From NCBI GenBank assembly GCA_017458005.1, contig JAFTGH010000033.1, forward strand, positions 62,091 to 126,090: a DNA stretch of 64,000 nucleotides, in the 5' to 3' direction. Origin of the DNA: Prevotella sp. (GTDB lineage: Bacteria > Bacteroidota > Bacteroidia > Bacteroidales > Bacteroidaceae). The notes below the pieces were generated by a model. That model ran no database searches. It worked only from the letters and a program-made list of their open reading frames with translations, and had not been told where the DNA came from. The number at the start of each line of letters is the position of its first letter. The stretch's first letter is position 1. Below, in pieces: positions 24,572 through 35,765 of this stretch. Made by a program: the position numbers and the translations under genes.

Positions 24572-25227
24572 TGGACTATATCATCATCGTAGCAGGAGGA
24601 AAAGGACTGCGGATGGGAGGCGATATCCCCAAGCAGTTCCTGCCTATTGGCGGCAAACCGATTCTGATGCGGACGCTGGAACGGTTCCGTGCCTATTCCC
24701 CTACCCTCCAGATCATCTTGGTCTTACCCAAAGACCAACATGACTACTGGATGCAACTCTGCAAAGAGTATGACTTTCAAGTAGAATATCAGATGACAGA
24801 TGGTGGTGAGACCCGCTTCCATTCCGTACAACATGGACTCGCGCTCATCCCTGACGATGCGGAGGGAGTCGTTGGTGTCCACGATGGTGTGCGCCCCTTC
24901 CCCAGCGTTGAGGTCATCCGCAACTGCTATGAGACGGCACGAGTGAAGAAGGCGGTGATTCCCGTCATCCCCGTGGTCGAGACATTGCGCCATCTCACAG
25001 AAGGCACCAAGCCACGTGGAGACTACAGACTGGTGCAGACCCCTCAGACTTTCGATATCCAACTGCTCAAGGCGGCAAACCAACAGCCTTATAACGACGG
25101 TTTCACGGATGATGCCTCTGTGGTGGAGAGTTTCGGCTATGACATTACCCTCGTCGAGGGCAATAGGGAGAATATCAAGATCACCACTCCCTATGACCTG
25201 AAGATTGCGGAAGTATTGATAGGATGA
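24571..25227 (+). CDS. ispD: 2-C-methyl-D-erythritol 4-phosphate cytidylyltransferase
   Basis: [31 protein letters not shown] start fused to the last octamer unit; 4-nt overlap with recG. Confidence 0.92.
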   Translation: MDYIIIVAGGKGLRMGGDIPKQFLPIGGKPILMRTLERFRAYSPTLQIILVLPKDQHDYWMQLCKEYDFQVEYQMTDGGETRFHSVQHGLALIPDDAEGVVGVHDGVRPFPSVEVIRNCYETARVKKAVIPVIPVVETLRHLTEGTKPRGDYRLVQTPQTFDIQLLKAANQQPYNDGFTDDASVVESFGYDITLVEGNRENIKITTPYDLKIAEVLIG

Positions 25228-27326
25228 CCGACATACTGCAACAAGACATACAATACTTGGCGGGCGTAGGTCCCAACAGGAGGAAGATGCTCAGTCAGGA
25301 ACTGGGCATCGAGACCTTTGGTGACTTGTTGCAGTATTATCCCTATAAACACATAGACCGTAGCCGTATCTACTCCATCCGTGAACTCACTGGCGACATG
25401 CCTTTCGTACAGGTGAAAGGACATCTCCTCAGTTTCGAGACCTTCAAGATGGGACCTCGTAAGAAAAGAGTGGTAGGTCATTTCACGGATGGCTCTGGGA
25501 AAGTGATGGATCTCACTTGGTTCAATTACGCCGATAGTGCTATCAAGAAATACAAGATAGGTACGGAGTATATCGTCTTTGGTCGTCCGCAGGTGTTCAA
25601 CGGGCGCATCCAAGTTGTTCACCCTGACATGGACGAGGCAGATAAGTTGGAACTCTCCGCCATGGGGATGCAGCCCTATTATAACACGACGGAGAAGATG
25701 AAGAAGAGCGGACTCAACTCCCGTTGCATAGAGCGTTTTGTCAAAACGCTCCTCGACACCCTCAAAGAGCCCCTGCCAGAGACCCTTCCCACTTTCATCA
25801 CCAACCGCCTGCACCTCATGACCCGGGATGAGGCACTGCGCAAGATCCATTACCCACAGAATACCAAGGAGTTGGAGAAGGCACGTGTCAGGCTGAAGTT
25901 CGAGGAACTCTTTTACGTCCAACTGAATATATTAAGGTATGCCAGCGACCACCGTCGTAAATATCGTGGCTATGTATTCGCAAAAGTGGGCGACAACTTT
26001 AACACTTTCTATCACGACCACCTGCCCTTCTCCTTGACGGAGGCGCAGAAACGGGTCATCCGTGAGATACGTAAGGATACAGGATCTGGCAAACAGATGA
26101 ACCGCCTGCTACAAGGTGATGTGGGCAGCGGCAAGACCCTGGTGGCACTGATGTCCATGCTCATCGCCCTCGACAACGGCTATCAGGCATGCATCATGGC
26201 ACCTACGGAAATCCTTGCCGAGCAGCATCTGCAGACAATTCAGGACTTCCTCAAGGGAATGGATATCCGAGTGGAGTTGTTGACGGGTATCGTGAAGGGC
26301 AAGAAACGACAGGAGATTTTAGAGGGACTACAGGACGGCAGTGTGCAGATTCTCGTCGGTACCCATGCCGTCATTGAGGACACAGTGCAGTTTGCCAACC
26401 TCGGTATGGTGGTCGTCGACGAGCAGCACCGCTTCGGAGTCGCCCAGCGTGCCAAACTATGGAGCAAGAACACCAACCCACCCCATGTGCTGGTGATGAC
26501 GGCGACCCCTATCCCACGCACCCTCGCCATGACACTCTATGGTGATTTGGACGTGAGTGTCATCGACGAACTGCCCCCAGGACGCAAGCCTGTCGTCACG
26601 ACCCATGTCTTCGACCGCAGCATGCCGTCGCTCTATGATGGCTTGCGCAAGCAGATCAACCAAGGCAGACAGGTGTATGTCGTCTTCCCCCTCATCGAGG
26701 AGAGCGAGAAGATAGACCTCAAGAATCTGGAGGACGGCTTTGAGGTGCTACGACAGGTATTCCCAGAGTTCCGACTGAGCAAGGTACACGGAAAGATGAA
26801 ACCCAAGGACAAGGAAGAGGAGATGCAGCGTTTCGTCAAGGGAGAGACACAGATGCTCGTTGCCACGACGGTGATTGAGGTGGGTGTCAACGTGCCTAAC
26901 GCCTCTGTCATGGTCATCCTTGAGGCACAACGTTTCGGACTCAGCCAGTTACACCAACTCCGTGGACGTGTCGGACGAGGTGCCGACCAGAGTTACTGTA
27001 TCCTGGTCACCAACCACCAGTTGAGTGAGGACACCCGCAAGCGCATTGATATCATGTGTGAGACCAACGACGGCTTCCGCATCGCCGAGGCAGACCTGAA
27101 ACTACGAGGTCCCGGCGACTTGGAGGGAACCCAGCAGAGCGGTATGGCTTTCGACCTGAAAATTGCTGACATCGCCCGTGACGGACAACTCGTACAGATG
27201 GCTCGTGACGAGGCACAGACCATCATCGAGGAGGATCCGCTGTGCCAGTCAGAGAAATACCTCATGCTATGGAACAGGCTGAGACAGTTACGCAAAACGA
27301 ATGTTAACTGGGCAGCCATTTCATAA
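25224..27326 (+). CDS. recG: ATP-dependent DNA helicase RecG
   Basis: Wedge domain plus helicase motifs ([36 protein letters not shown]). Confidence 0.95.
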   Translation: MTDILQQDIQYLAGVGPNRRKMLSQELGIETFGDLLQYYPYKHIDRSRIYSIRELTGDMPFVQVKGHLLSFETFKMGPRKKRVVGHFTDGSGKVMDLTWFNYADSAIKKYKIGTEYIVFGRPQVFNGRIQVVHPDMDEADKLELSAMGMQPYYNTTEKMKKSGLNSRCIERFVKTLLDTLKEPLPETLPTFITNRLHLMTRDEALRKIHYPQNTKELEKARVRLKFEELFYVQLNILRYASDHRRKYRGYVFAKVGDNFNTFYHDHLPFSLTEAQKRVIREIRKDTGSGKQMNRLLQGDVGSGKTLVALMSMLIALDNGYQACIMAPTEILAEQHLQTIQDFLKGMDIRVELLTGIVKGKKRQEILEGLQDGSVQILVGTHAVIEDTVQFANLGMVVVDEQHRFGVAQRAKLWSKNTNPPHVLVMTATPIPRTLAMTLYGDLDVSVIDELPPGRKPVVTTHVFDRSMPSLYDGLRKQINQGRQVYVVFPLIEESEKIDLKNLEDGFEVLRQVFPEFRLSKVHGKMKPKDKEEEMQRFVKGETQMLVATTVIEVGVNVPNASVMVILEAQRFGLSQLHQLRGRVGRGADQSYCILVTNHQLSEDTRKRIDIMCETNDGFRIAEADLKLRGPGDLEGTQQSGMAFDLKIADIARDGQLVQMARDEAQTIIEEDPLCQSEKYLMLWNRLRQLRKTNVNWAAIS

Positions 27327-27399
27327 GGTAAAGTGTTAAATAACACACAATTATTGTTAACGCACACCGCATTTCCATTCATCCTAAAGATATTTTTAT

Positions 27400-27407
27400 T
27401 ACCTTTG
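27400..27407 (+). promoter_or_regulatory. -7 box TAccTTTG, M23/NlpC/CapA operon
   Basis: 52 nt upstream of ATG 27459. Confidence 0.6.
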
Positions 27408-27458
27408 CACCGAAATTTTTCCGAATAATAACTGTTTGGAACAGAAAATATAAAACTT

Positions 27459-28418
27459 ATGCTTACTAAAAGACAATTTAAGAACTTCGCAATTTTAATT
27501 GTAGCAACCATCATTTCTATTCCAGCCATGGGACAGGACCTGCTTGCCAATCAGGCTCCCATCGACCGCAAGATGAAGGCTGTCGACAGCATGGCACTCC
27601 ACAGACTTATTCAGGCTGAGAGTTACGACTCTCCCGCAGCCGACCTCTATAACGACTGGAACAACCGTTATGCTCACAAGGCTACTGTATTGCCAGACTC
27701 TTTCCGCATTGACCTGCGTGGATTCTGCATGCCTACCCCCAGTCGTGTACTGACCAGTAACTTCGGTGCCCGTTGGGGACGCCAGCATAAGGGACTGGAT
27801 ATCAAAGTGTATATTGGTGATACCATCCGTGCCGCTTTCAGTGGTAAGGTACGTATCGTAAGATATGAGGGACGTGGCTATGGTAAGTACGTGGTCATTC
27901 GCCACTATAACGGACTGGAGACCATTTATGGTCACATGTCCAAGCAACTGGTGACCGAGGAGCAGGAGGTTCGCGCTGGTGATCCTATCGGACTCGGTGG
28001 TAACACAGGACGCAGCACTGGTTCTCACCTGCATTTCGAGACACGTCTGTGTGGTATCGCCCTGAACCCCGCCTTGATGTTCGACTTCAAGAACCAGGAT
28101 GTTGTCAGCGACTACTACGTCTTCCGCAAGTCCACCTATAACCGTGAGTCTGCCGAGGCAACTCGTCTGCGTGGTGTCGGTGGTGTTGCTGTCAATGGCG
28201 ACTTGGACATTCCACAGCAGTCTTACGCTTCCACTAATTCTTCCTCCTCTAAGAAGAATGCGAAGACCCACTCTACTCGTTTCCACAAAGTGGCTAAGGG
28301 CGAGACCCTCTCTTCTATTGCCCGCAAGCGTGGTATGACGGTAAGTGCTATCTGCAAGTTGAATCACATCAAGTCGACAACCCGTATCAGACCAGGACAA
28401 ATCCTAAGATATAATTAA
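27459..28418 (+). CDS. M23 family metallopeptidase with C-terminal LysM domain
   Basis: HKGLDI, GNTGRSTGSHLHFE. LysM pattern HKVAKGETLSSIARKRGMTVSAICKLN. Confidence 0.9.
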   Translation: MLTKRQFKNFAILIVATIISIPAMGQDLLANQAPIDRKMKAVDSMALHRLIQAESYDSPAADLYNDWNNRYAHKATVLPDSFRIDLRGFCMPTPSRVLTSNFGARWGRQHKGLDIKVYIGDTIRAAFSGKVRIVRYEGRGYGKYVVIRHYNGLETIYGHMSKQLVTEEQEVRAGDPIGLGGNTGRSTGSHLHFETRLCGIALNPALMFDFKNQDVVSDYYVFRKSTYNRESAEATRLRGVGGVAVNGDLDIPQQSYASTNSSSSKKNAKTHSTRFHKVAKGETLSSIARKRGMTVSAICKLNHIKSTTRIRPGQILRYN

Positions 28419-28463
28419 ACCAAAACAACCCACGGCGTGAAGCCGTTGACCAAAGAAATCTAA

Positions 28464-29030
28464 ATGAAACAGAAAATTATCTTTTGCATCTTACTGATGC
28501 TTCTTTCCTCTGTGGATGTGGCATTGGCAAAAGGCAAGAAAAAGAAGGCAAAGAGAATCCAAAGGACAGAGATGTATGAAGAGATCGACAACTTCGATTT
28601 CCTCTATGCTGATGGCTATGACACCAATGTCAGTTTCGCCACCACCGACGACATCCTCAGTCAGGCAACTTCCCTGATTGGCTCTCGCTACCGTTTAGGC
28701 AGCAAGGGACCTCACACCTTCGACTGCTCTGGTTTCACCAGTTATGTCTATGGTCAGAACAATATCACAATCGGCTGTTCCTCTCGTGACCAGTACGCCC
28801 GCAATATTCCCATCCGTCGTGAGGAGATGCAGCCAGGCGACTTGGTGTTCTTCACCAGTCCGAACTCCGGACGTAACGTAGGACACGTGGGCATCATCTT
28901 GGATTACGATCCTATCAGCAACTCGTTTACGTTCATTCATGCTAGCACCAAGAGCGGTGTGAAGATCAGTCACTCCACAGATGGCAACTATAGTCGCCGG
29001 TACATTGGAGTACGTCGTGTAGCAAAATAA
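28464..29030 (+). CDS. NlpC/P60 (C40) cell-wall peptidase
   Basis: Signal peptide; catalytic FDCSGFTSYVY and GHVGII patterns. Confidence 0.9.
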   Translation: MKQKIIFCILLMLLSSVDVALAKGKKKKAKRIQRTEMYEEIDNFDFLYADGYDTNVSFATTDDILSQATSLIGSRYRLGSKGPHTFDCSGFTSYVYGQNNITIGCSSRDQYARNIPIRREEMQPGDLVFFTSPNSGRNVGHVGIILDYDPISNSFTFIHASTKSGVKISHSTDGNYSRRYIGVRRVAK

Positions 29031-29036
29031 GACGCA

Positions 29037-30068
29037 ATGAAAATAAAACTTCTTCTTTTAACGGTATTAGCAGGCTACAGTGTGGCCTGCTTTTCTGATG
29101 ATATCACCGTTGCCATGACGGGTGACATCATGATGGGTACGACATACCCCGGTATCTCACTGCCTCCAAAGAATGGCGAGGAGGTCTTCCGTGACGTGAA
29201 ACCAATCCTGCAACGTGCCACGATTGCGGTAGGCAACTTGGAAGGCACCCTGCTGGATGGCGGCAAGAGCACCAAAGGCGGTGGTCCTAACAGTTATTCA
29301 TTCCGCACCCCTACCAGTTACTCACACCTGCTGAAGGAGGCTGGCTACGACTTCCTGAGCATGGCAAACAACCATGCCAACGACTTCGGTGCGGAGGGTA
29401 TTGCCAGCACGGAGAAGCAACTGAATCTGCAAGGTATCAAGTATGCTGGTATCAAAGGACACGTGGAGTCTGCTGTCGTCGTCCGCAATGGTATCAAGTT
29501 CGGCTTGTGTGCCTTCGGACATAACCAGTATACCCTGAAACATCGTGACCTACAGACCGTCAAGCGTATCATCGACGACCTGAAGAAGAAGTCGGACATT
29601 ATCATCGTCTCCTTCCATGGTGGTGCCGAGGGACGCACGAAGAACCATCTGCCACAGGGTGCGGAGAGTTTCTTGGGCGAGGATCGTGGCTCACTGCGTG
29701 AGTTCGCTCATTTCTGTATCGACAACGGCGCCGATATCGTCTATGGTCATGGTCCCCATGTGGTACGTGCCACAGAGGTTTATAAAGGTCGTTTTATCGC
29801 CTACAGCCTTGGTAATTTCTGTACTCCTTACGGGATGAGCCTTGCCGGTATCTCCGCCTACTCCCCTGTCGTCGAGATCAAGATCGACAAGCAAGGTCGT
29901 TTCCTAAGTGGGAAGATCCACTCCTTCCTCCAGCAGAAAGGTGTCGGTCCCCGCAAGGATGCCAACCAGCATGTCGCCCATGAGATGATGAACCTCACCA
30001 ACAGCGACGTTCCCAACAGCGAGGCTCGCATCGACAAGGATGGTAATATTACGTTGAGGAAGCAGTAA
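29037..30068 (+). CDS. CapA-family (PGA_cap) metallophosphatase-like protein
   Basis: VAMTGDIMMG, MANNHANDFG, SFHGGAEG, HGPH patterns. Confidence 0.85.
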   Translation: MKIKLLLLTVLAGYSVACFSDDITVAMTGDIMMGTTYPGISLPPKNGEEVFRDVKPILQRATIAVGNLEGTLLDGGKSTKGGGPNSYSFRTPTSYSHLLKEAGYDFLSMANNHANDFGAEGIASTEKQLNLQGIKYAGIKGHVESAVVVRNGIKFGLCAFGHNQYTLKHRDLQTVKRIIDDLKKKSDIIIVSFHGGAEGRTKNHLPQGAESFLGEDRGSLREFAHFCIDNGADIVYGHGPHVVRATEVYKGRFIAYSLGNFCTPYGMSLAGISAYSPVVEIKIDKQGRFLSGKIHSFLQQKGVGPRKDANQHVAHEMMNLTNSDVPNSEARIDKDGNITLRKQ

Positions 30069-30095
30069 CCTCTTTATAGAAATACTTTGATTATT

Positions 30096-30126
30096 TTTGT
30101 GCTCTTACTTTTTTTAATTACCTTTG
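30096..30126 (+). promoter_or_regulatory. Canonical promoter (TTTG-N19-TAccTTTG) with no ORF behind it
   Basis: Lies 28 nt after the CapA stop. The next credible CDS (30637) has its own -7 box. Confidence 0.6.
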
Positions 30127-30243
30127 CAGCAACCTTTCAAATAAAAGATTAAAATCACTATTATGTGAAACAGATAACAGATTATGACTCCTGCGGAATT
30201 CAGAGGAATCTAAGAAGAGATTAAAATGAGCAAAAAGAGTTTT

Positions 30244-30331
30244 CAGCCGTAGGTGAACAATCTTTCACCTATAGGTAAACACATGTGCAGCCATAGGTGA
30301 ACATATTTGCACCTATAGGTGAAAGAAAGTT
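30244..30331. repeat. Array of four 22-bp-phased sites around (C)ACCTATAGGT(G)
   Basis: taggt starts at 30250, 30272, 30294 and 30316. The units alternate between two types (cagccRtaggtgaaca / cacctataggtRaa), giving 2 x 44 bp. Confidence 0.9.
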
Positions 30332-30589
30332 AGAAGGCACCTTCGACCCCCGGAGCCCGAACCTTCGACCTGCGAAGGCGGCACCTCCTCCCCTCGAAGC
30401 CCGTACCTTCGACGGTCGAAACCCCTATCTTCATGAAATGATACTGGGTTTTGTTCTGTCAATCGGAATAAACCTACTGCCTATGGTGCGTAGAATCTAA
30501 GCAAAAAAGTGTTAAGCAGGAGAGATGATACAGGTTAAAAAAGCCCAAATCTGACTTCGCATACCGTTCTAAAAATCACGTTTTTTTGT

Positions 30590-30597
30590 TAACTTTG
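30590..30597 (+). promoter_or_regulatory. -7 box TAacTTTG, hypothetical gene 30637
   Basis: 40 nt upstream of the ATG. Confidence 0.55.
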
Positions 30598-30636
30598 CAT
30601 AGAAGAAAACATTGCATAACAAAAAACAAAAAGATT

Positions 30637-30948
30637 ATGTCAAAGACAGTAGAACTACAGATTGAGAAGGGACGCAACCTCGTTGAGGGACTGCGTAAAC
30701 ATGTGAGAGAAATGGGAGAGCGCGGATTCAGCAACAGCGAGATTGACAAGATGGAGCAGTCGCTGAACCAGTTGACAGCAGCCAATGAGGAGGTAGACCG
30801 TTTACGTGAGGAGTTACAGCCCAAGGTAAAGCACATGAACGAGATCCTCACTGCCGTCAAGACCGCATACACGGAGTCGAAGAAGACTCTCAAAGGCTAC
30901 TATCCACAAGAACGCTGGGCAGATTACGGCATTCCTGACAAACGATAA
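30637..30948 (+). CDS. Hypothetical coiled-coil protein (103 aa)
   Basis: ATG 30637 lies 40 nt after a TAacTTTG -7 box, so the ORF-track start 30586 would sit upstream of that promoter. Terminator follows. Confidence 0.6.
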   Translation: MSKTVELQIEKGRNLVEGLRKHVREMGERGFSNSEIDKMEQSLNQLTAANEEVDRLREELQPKVKHMNEILTAVKTAYTESKKTLKGYYPQERWADYGIPDKR

Positions 30949-30973
30949 GAAAGATATAACGACAAGGTAAACG

Positions 30974-30998
30974 AGGCACTCCCACCGAGTGCCTTTTA
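30974..30998 (+). terminator. Terminator after hypothetical gene 30637
   Basis: aggcactc / gagtgcct stem followed by TTTT; overlaps the pgeF stop codon. Confidence 0.7.
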
Positions 30999-31745
30999 TC
31001 GTATCATCACCCCCGTGAAGATACGACCCGAGTTGATACCCAAGCGACGTGCCGAGAAATAATCATGATATTGCTGGTAGGTGCAGATACCCGACATATA
31101 GACATCTGTGATGCCTGCCTCCGCAAGTTGCAGACGGTTACACGTCGGCAGGTCGATATGCCATTTAGCATACTTCCGGGCGATGAGTCGCATATTGAAA
31201 CCTGCATCGGCAAACTGCTGGTAGACTTCCTCACCTACCTCGAAACTCTCGAGGGAGATGCCCGGTCCGACGACGGCTTTCATCTGCGAAGGGTCTGAGC
31301 CATAGGTCTTATACATCGCCTCCACGGCAACACGGACGATGCGCTGCACTGTACCTCGCCAACCTACATGGACGGCACAGGCGGCATGATGCTCCTTGTC
31401 GTAAATGATAACAGGGATACAGTCTGCGGTAGATACTCCAATACACAACTTCGACACATTCGTCATCACGGCATCCACGCCCTCAATGACTTCCTGCTGT
31501 GGTCCGTCGATACGCCGAACCTCCGTGCCATGCACCTGATGAGGCATCACGATATGGCTCTCGTCAATGCCCAGCAAAGTGGAAAGGGCACGGCGGTTCT
31601 CCGCAATATGAGCCACCTCGTCCCCACAATAGTTATTGATATTGAACTCGCCATAGTTGCCAGTACTGCAACCGCCATGACGAGTCGTGCTGAAGGCTGT
31701 CACGCCCTCACCTAAATCATAATAGGTCAATTGAGGGTTATTCAT
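30996..31745 (-). CDS. pgeF: Peptidoglycan editing factor PgeF (YfiH/DUF152 laccase-domain protein)
   Basis: [22 protein letters not shown] motifs. Confidence 0.9.
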   Translation of the reverse strand: MNNPQLTYYDLGEGVTAFSTTRHGGCSTGNYGEFNINNYCGDEVAHIAENRRALSTLLGIDESHIVMPHQVHGTEVRRIDGPQQEVIEGVDAVMTNVSKLCIGVSTADCIPVIIYDKEHHAACAVHVGWRGTVQRIVRVAVEAMYKTYGSDPSQMKAVVGPGISLESFEVGEEVYQQFADAGFNMRLIARKYAKWHIDLPTCNRLQLAEAGITDVYMSGICTYQQYHDYFSARRLGINSGRIFTGVMIR

Positions 31746-32910
31746 CTTCTTCTAGATCATCTAGATATTCTATGTCGTCCAAGTCGTCTAGATCTTCTAG
31801 GTCAATATACTCTATCTCCTCGTCCTCACCCTCGTCAGCAAGTTCCTGGGCGAAGCGTGACATGTCCTTGTCACGATGCACCAAGGTGTCCTCCGCCATG
31901 ACGGTGGCGAGTTTGTTGCTCTCCGCATTGAGTTCTTTCCAGAGCACGTCTTTCAGTTCATCAAGTCCCATATTGGCGACAGCGGAGATGAAGACGACAG
32001 GCAGGTCATCAGGAAGAGTTTCTTTGAGCATCTCGATGAGTTCCGCATCCAGCAAATCACACTTGGTGACGGCAAGGACACGATGCTTGTCAAGGAGTTC
32101 GGGGTTAAACTGGGCGAGTTCGTTGAGCAGGATATCATACTCCCGTTTGATATCATCCGTATCACCAGGTACCATAAACAGCAACAGCGAGTTACGCTCG
32201 ATATGTCGGAGGAAGCGCAGGCCCAAGCCCTTGCCCTCACTGGCGCCCTCGATGATACCGGGGATATCAGCCATCACGAACGACTTACCGTCACGATAGC
32301 CCACGATACCCAGCGATGGCTCCATCGTCGTAAACGGATAGTTGGCAATCTTCGGACGGGCATTCGACAGCGCAGATACCAAGGTTGACTTACCCGCATT
32401 GGGGAAGCCCACCAGTCCGACATCGGCAAGGAGTTTCAACTCCAGGATAATCGTCATCTCCTGCATCGGCTCTCCCGGTTGCGCATAACGAGGAGCCTGA
32501 TTGGTGGCACTGCGGAACTGGAAGTTGCCCAGTCCGCCACGTCCTCCTTTCAACAATACCACCTCCTGTCCGTCGTAGGTGACATCACAGACATATTTTC
32601 CGTTCTCTGCGTTGTAGACCACTGTTCCGCATGGCACGTCGATATACATATCCTTGCCATCGGTGCCATGTCGCTTGTCACGACCGCCATTGCCGCCATG
32701 CTCCGCAAAGACATGACGCTCATATTTCAGATGCAGCAGCGTCCAGTAGTTATGGTTGCCACGCAGGATGATACTGCCGCCCTTACCGCCGTCGCCGCCA
32801 TCAGGTCCACCGTTAGGGTTATACTTCACATGACGAAGATGCATCGATCCTCGTCCTCCCTTACCCGAACGGCAGTAAATCTTTACGTAGTCTACGAAAT
32901 TGCTTTCCAT
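31738..32910 (-). CDS. obg: GTPase Obg/CgtA
   Basis: Glycine-rich Obg fold (GGDGGKGG), G1 [10 protein letters not shown]3 DIPG, acidic C-terminal tail. Confidence 0.95.
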   Translation of the reverse strand: MESNFVDYVKIYCRSGKGGRGSMHLRHVKYNPNGGPDGGDGGKGGSIILRGNHNYWTLLHLKYERHVFAEHGGNGGRDKRHGTDGKDMYIDVPCGTVVYNAENGKYVCDVTYDGQEVVLLKGGRGGLGNFQFRSATNQAPRYAQPGEPMQEMTIILELKLLADVGLVGFPNAGKSTLVSALSNARPKIANYPFTTMEPSLGIVGYRDGKSFVMADIPGIIEGASEGKGLGLRFLRHIERNSLLLFMVPGDTDDIKREYDILLNELAQFNPELLDKHRVLAVTKCDLLDAELIEMLKETLPDDLPVVFISAVANMGLDELKDVLWKELNAESNKLATVMAEDTLVHRDKDMSRFAQELADEGEDEEIEYIDLEDLDDLDDIEYLDDLEEDE

Positions 32911-33482
32911 TACAGGTTATCTATCACTTGCTGGATATCCCCGAAGATACGCTCCAAGGTACCCAGACCGTTGATATGATGATGCAGACCCTCCTTCTTA
33001 TACCATTCAATCAGGGGCTGTGTCTGCGAGTGATATACGACCAGGCGTTTCTTGATGGTCTCCTCATTGTCGTCCGCACGACCGCTCTGCTGTCCACGCT
33101 TGATAAGACGTGTCATCAACTCGTCCTCTGGGACATCCAACTCAATCATCGCAGCCACCTTGTCGCCACGCTCGTCCAGCATCTTCTTGAGAGCCTCAGC
33201 CTGTGGGATGGTACGGGGAAAACCATCGAAGATCACTCCCTTATGCCCACGACCGAAAGAGTCATAGACCTTGGCGAGGATGGAGACCATCAACTCGTCG
33301 GGTATCAATTGTCCATTGTCAATGAAGCCCTGAGCCGTCTTACCCAGTTCTGTACCTTTCTTTATCTCGGCACGGAGCACATCACCCGTTGAGATATGTC
33401 CCAGTCCATAGTGTTCTATCATCAAGTCACTCTGTGTGCCCTTTCCTGAACCAGGAGCACCAAAAATCACAATATTCTTCAT
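32910..33482 (-). CDS. adk: Adenylate kinase
   Basis: [18 protein letters not shown].. The ORF-track start 33611 is an extension. The stop shares 1 nt with the obg start. Confidence 0.95.
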   Translation of the reverse strand: MKNIVIFGAPGSGKGTQSDLMIEHYGLGHISTGDVLRAEIKKGTELGKTAQGFIDNGQLIPDELMVSILAKVYDSFGRGHKGVIFDGFPRTIPQAEALKKMLDERGDKVAAMIELDVPEDELMTRLIKRGQQSGRADDNEETIKKRLVVYHSQTQPLIEWYKKEGLHHHINGLGTLERIFGDIQQVIDNL

Positions 33483-33614
33483 AATCACTTTCTTTTCTAT
33501 CTTGTCTTGTTTGATTTGTGTTTCTTTTCCTTTATACCATAAGTCAGTGAGGAGGTCGCTCTTACGTGCCTCCAAGTCACTGGGGAGATGTGGCAGTTTG
33601 ATCTGTCGCATGAC

Positions 33615-34154
33615 TCAGTCTTCCTTGAGTGAATAGACCTCCTTCAACTGTCTGCCCTGCTGGTCGTAATCCAGTCCATAGCCCACGATGAAGGCGTTAG
33701 GAATAGAGAAGGCGGCATACTCTATGTTGAGGTCGACCTCCAGTTTCTCTGGCTTCACAAACAGGGTGCAGATATGTACTGAGGCAGGATTACGGGTACC
33801 CAGTGTCTCTATCATCCGCTTCATGGTCTTTCCACTCTCCACGATATCCTCCACAATAACAATAGTACGTCCTGAGAGATTCTCATTGATACCAATCACC
33901 TCCTTGATTTTTCCTGTGGAGGTAGTACCCTGATAGGAGGCAAGTTTCACGAAGGATATCTCGCAGGGGATCGTCATCTCGCGCATCAGATCGGCAGCGA
34001 AGATAAACGAGCCGTTCAAGACGGCAAGGAACAACGGGTTCTTACCCTCCATATCCTTGCTCAACCGCTGGGCAAGTTCTCTCACACGCACTTTGATCTC
34101 TTCCTCCGAGATGGAGGTTTCGAACGTCTTATCCTTAATTTTTACGATACTCAT
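33615..34154 (-). CDS. hpt: Hypoxanthine phosphoribosyltransferase
   Basis: PRPP-binding motif VIVEDIVESGKT, 179 aa. Confidence 0.93.
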   Translation of the reverse strand: MSIVKIKDKTFETSISEEEIKVRVRELAQRLSKDMEGKNPLFLAVLNGSFIFAADLMREMTIPCEISFVKLASYQGTTSTGKIKEVIGINENLSGRTIVIVEDIVESGKTMKRMIETLGTRNPASVHICTLFVKPEKLEVDLNIEYAAFSIPNAFIVGYGLDYDQQGRQLKEVYSLKED

Positions 34155-34230
34155 AGCGCCTGTTTTTATGAATTTGGCACAAAATTACTAATTTTTCGGC
34201 AAAGAATGACATCAATTGATATATTTTTCT

Positions 34231-34238
34231 TATTTTTG
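34231..34238 (+). promoter_or_regulatory. -7 box TAttTTTG, nnr
   Basis: ATG 34247 lies 9 nt after the box, giving a very short leader. Confidence 0.55.
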
Positions 34239-34246
34239 CAGCAGTA

Positions 34247-35761
34247 ATGAAAATTTTCACCAGTGCTCAGATAAAAGAACTTGACCGATACACCATCGAG
34301 CATGAGCCGATACCCAGTATCGATCTGATGGAACGTGCAGCCAAAGCGTTGACGCGTGCCATCACTGATGTCTGGAGCAATACGGTACCCGTTGTCGTCT
34401 TCGCAGGACCTGGTAACAATGGCGGTGACGCACTTGCCGTTTCCCGCCTGTTGGCAGAGCAGGGCTATCAGGTCAGCGTCTACCTCTTCAACATCAGCGG
34501 ACACCTTGCCGAGGAGTGTGCTGCCAACAAGAAACGCCTTATCGAGGCAAGGCGCGTAAAAGAGTTTATCGAAGTCACACAGGAGTTTGACCCACCCCGT
34601 CTGGAGAAGGGGATGTTGGTCGTTGACGGGCTCTTTGGCTCCGGACTCAACAAGCCACTGGCTGGCGGATTCGCCTCTCTGGTGAAATACATCAACTCCG
34701 CATCGGCAGAGATCGTGTCTATTGATGTCCCCTCTGGACTGATGACGGAGGACAACACCTATAATGTGCGTGCCAACACCATTCGTGCGAATCTCACCCT
34801 GACACTCCAACAGCCCAAACTCGCTTTCCTGTTCCCTGAGAACCAAGTGTTTATCGGACAGTTGCGTGTCCTGGATATCCGTCTGAGCCAGGAGGGTATT
34901 GAGAAGATAGAGGCAAACTATACGGTCTTGGAGGAATCGGAGATACGTGCTATGCTCTTGGAACGCGACCCGTTCGCCCACAAGGGGCAGATGGGACATG
35001 CCCTCATGATAGCGGGCAGTTACGGCATGGCAGGAGCAGCCATCCTAGCCACTCGTGCCTGTCTGCGCTCTGGTGTCGGAAAGGTAACCGTCCATACCCC
35101 CAAGAAAAACAGGGACATCCTACAGATCGCCGTCCCAGAGGCGGTGCTTCAGTTCGACCCCGAAGAGACCATTTTCTCGGAGGCTGTGGATACTGAGGAT
35201 TTCAATGCCCTCGGTATCGGTCCTGGACTTGGACAGAGCGAGACAACGGCTATCCCACTGATTGCGCAGTTACGTCGTGCCACCTGCCCCGTTGTGGTGG
35301 ACGCCGATGCCTTGAATATCCTTGCCAGCCATCGCGCTTGGCTTCAGCAATTGCCCAAGGGAATCATCCTCACGCCCCATGCCAAGGAGTTCGACCGCAT
35401 GGAGGGACATTCTGCCGACAGTTATGAGCGACTGACCAAGGCTCGCCATCTTGCCGAGCGCATACAAGGCTACGTCATCCTGAAAGGACGCTATACCGCC
35501 ATCTGCATGCCTGACGGTCATGTGGTGTTCAATCCTACGGGAAATGCGGGCATGGCGACTGCTGGTAGCGGTGACGTACTGACTGGTATCATCACAGCAC
35601 TGCTGGCACGTGGCTACAAGACTGAGGATGCCTGCGTCGTAGGTGTCTATCTCCATGGGCTTGCTGGCGATCTTGCAGCACGTGACTTAGGAGAGGAGAG
35701 CCTGATAGCCGAGGATATCATCCGCTATCTGTCACGAGCCTTCAAGCGTCTGAAAGAATAA
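34247..35761 (+). CDS. nnr: Bifunctional NAD(P)H-hydrate repair enzyme (epimerase/ADP-dependent dehydratase)
   Basis: YjeF_N (GPGNNGGDA) plus carbohydrate-kinase C-domain (GSGDVLTG). Confidence 0.93.
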   Translation: MKIFTSAQIKELDRYTIEHEPIPSIDLMERAAKALTRAITDVWSNTVPVVVFAGPGNNGGDALAVSRLLAEQGYQVSVYLFNISGHLAEECAANKKRLIEARRVKEFIEVTQEFDPPRLEKGMLVVDGLFGSGLNKPLAGGFASLVKYINSASAEIVSIDVPSGLMTEDNTYNVRANTIRANLTLTLQQPKLAFLFPENQVFIGQLRVLDIRLSQEGIEKIEANYTVLEESEIRAMLLERDPFAHKGQMGHALMIAGSYGMAGAAILATRACLRSGVGKVTVHTPKKNRDILQIAVPEAVLQFDPEETIFSEAVDTEDFNALGIGPGLGQSETTAIPLIAQLRRATCPVVVDADALNILASHRAWLQQLPKGIILTPHAKEFDRMEGHSADSYERLTKARHLAERIQGYVILKGRYTAICMPDGHVVFNPTGNAGMATAGSGDVLTGIITALLARGYKTEDACVVGVYLHGLAGDLAARDLGEESLIAEDIIRYLSRAFKRLKE

Positions 35762-35765
35762 TATC

